The notes under the pieces: model-generated
Seen by the model: only the letters and a program-made list of their open reading frames with translations
Database searches by the model: none
What the model was told of the DNA's origin: nothing
Translations under genes and position numbers: made by a program
Shown: positions 31,601 to 32,000 of the stretch, piece by piece
How the letters are laid out: each line of letters starts with the position of its first letter
Numbering within the stretch: the stretch's first letter is position 1
NCBI RefSeq assembly: GCF_002945325.1
Contig: NZ_CP026606.1
Span: 1,650,001 to 1,682,000, forward strand
Source of the DNA: Methanococcus maripaludis
GTDB lineage: Archaea; AGJL01; Methanococci; Methanococcales; Methanococcaceae
Direction: 5' to 3'
Length of the DNA: 32,000 nt

Positions 31601-31618
31601 ATACCATCCGGTAGGTAT
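31601..31618. promoter_or_regulatory. Second copy of the same operator, upstream of the MMPL gene
   Basis: ATACCATCCGGTAGGTAT differs from the 30929-30946 site at only two positions. Confidence 0.75.
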
Positions 31619-31638
31619 TTTTAAATACTGGTGATTAG

Positions 31639-32000
31639 ATGAAAGCCGAAAAAATCTTACAAAAAATAGCTGAGGCATCTGAACGACATCCTTTAAAAGT
31701 TGTCGCAGTTGTTATTGTCCTCACGATATTCATGGCTTTTTTAGCTACAGGTATTGAGTCTCAAACTGATTACGAAAAGATGGTTCCGCAAGATGATCCT
31801 GTAATTGTTGCTTTAAACGAAATACGGGATGAATTTGGCGGTACTGAGACTATAATGTTAGGGGTAAAACTAGTGCCCTCCGATAGCTCTGAAAAGGTAA
31901 CCGATATCCGTGATCCGCGAGTTTTAGATCTTGTGGACTTTTTAGAACAGGATATTGGGAGTATGGATATGATAACATCCGTTAGTTCAAGAGCGGATGT
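31639..32000 (+). CDS. MMPL/RND family transporter, N-terminal fragment (runs off window)
   Basis: Open frame MKAEKILQKIAEASERHPLKVVAVVIVLTIFMAFLATGIESQTDYEKMVPQDDPVIVALNEIRDEFGGTETIMLG; no stop before 32000. Confidence 0.88.
   Translation, partial: MKAEKILQKIAEASERHPLKVVAVVIVLTIFMAFLATGIESQTDYEKMVPQDDPVIVALNEIRDEFGGTETIMLGVKLVPSDSSEKVTDIRDPRVLDLVDFLEQDIGSMDMITSVSSRAD

Overview
This 32 kb window comes from a methanogenic archaeon. Protein content, AT-rich intergenic DNA, GGTG/GGAGG-type ribosome sites and archaeal TATA boxes point to Methanococcus, most likely M. maripaludis or a close relative. On the minus strand at the left is a complete A-type ATP synthase operon (transcribed H-I-K-E-C-F-A-B-D). 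It is followed by a compact restriction-modification pair (a single-chain nuclease-methylase plus a bipartite specificity subunit), rlmH, a slipin/NfeD pair, tmk and a 976-aa HEAT-repeat protein. On the plus strand at the right are RPA, adkA, an EMC3/DUF106-like membrane protein, argS, a small helical protein directly upstream of a divergent MCM helicase, a TetR regulator and the start of an MMPL/RND transporter. A minus-strand rqcH-like gene lies between them. The observations most worth following up are: (1) an intergenic element at 25713-25834 with perfect 11-bp inverted arms and internal hairpins, resembling an unannotated structured RNA or a small MITE; (2) two near-identical palindromic operators, one before tetR and one before the MMPL gene, which suggest a self-contained regulated export module; (3) a predicted N-terminal transmembrane helix on ATP synthase subunit C, a normally soluble rotor-cap subunit; (4) a BcgI-like R-M fusion with a hexanucleotide repeat at the M/S junction; (5) an MCM paralog with atypical Walker motifs, preceded by an unidentified protein that could be a GINS-like partner. 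No CRISPR array, tRNA, rRNA or clear transposon was found.
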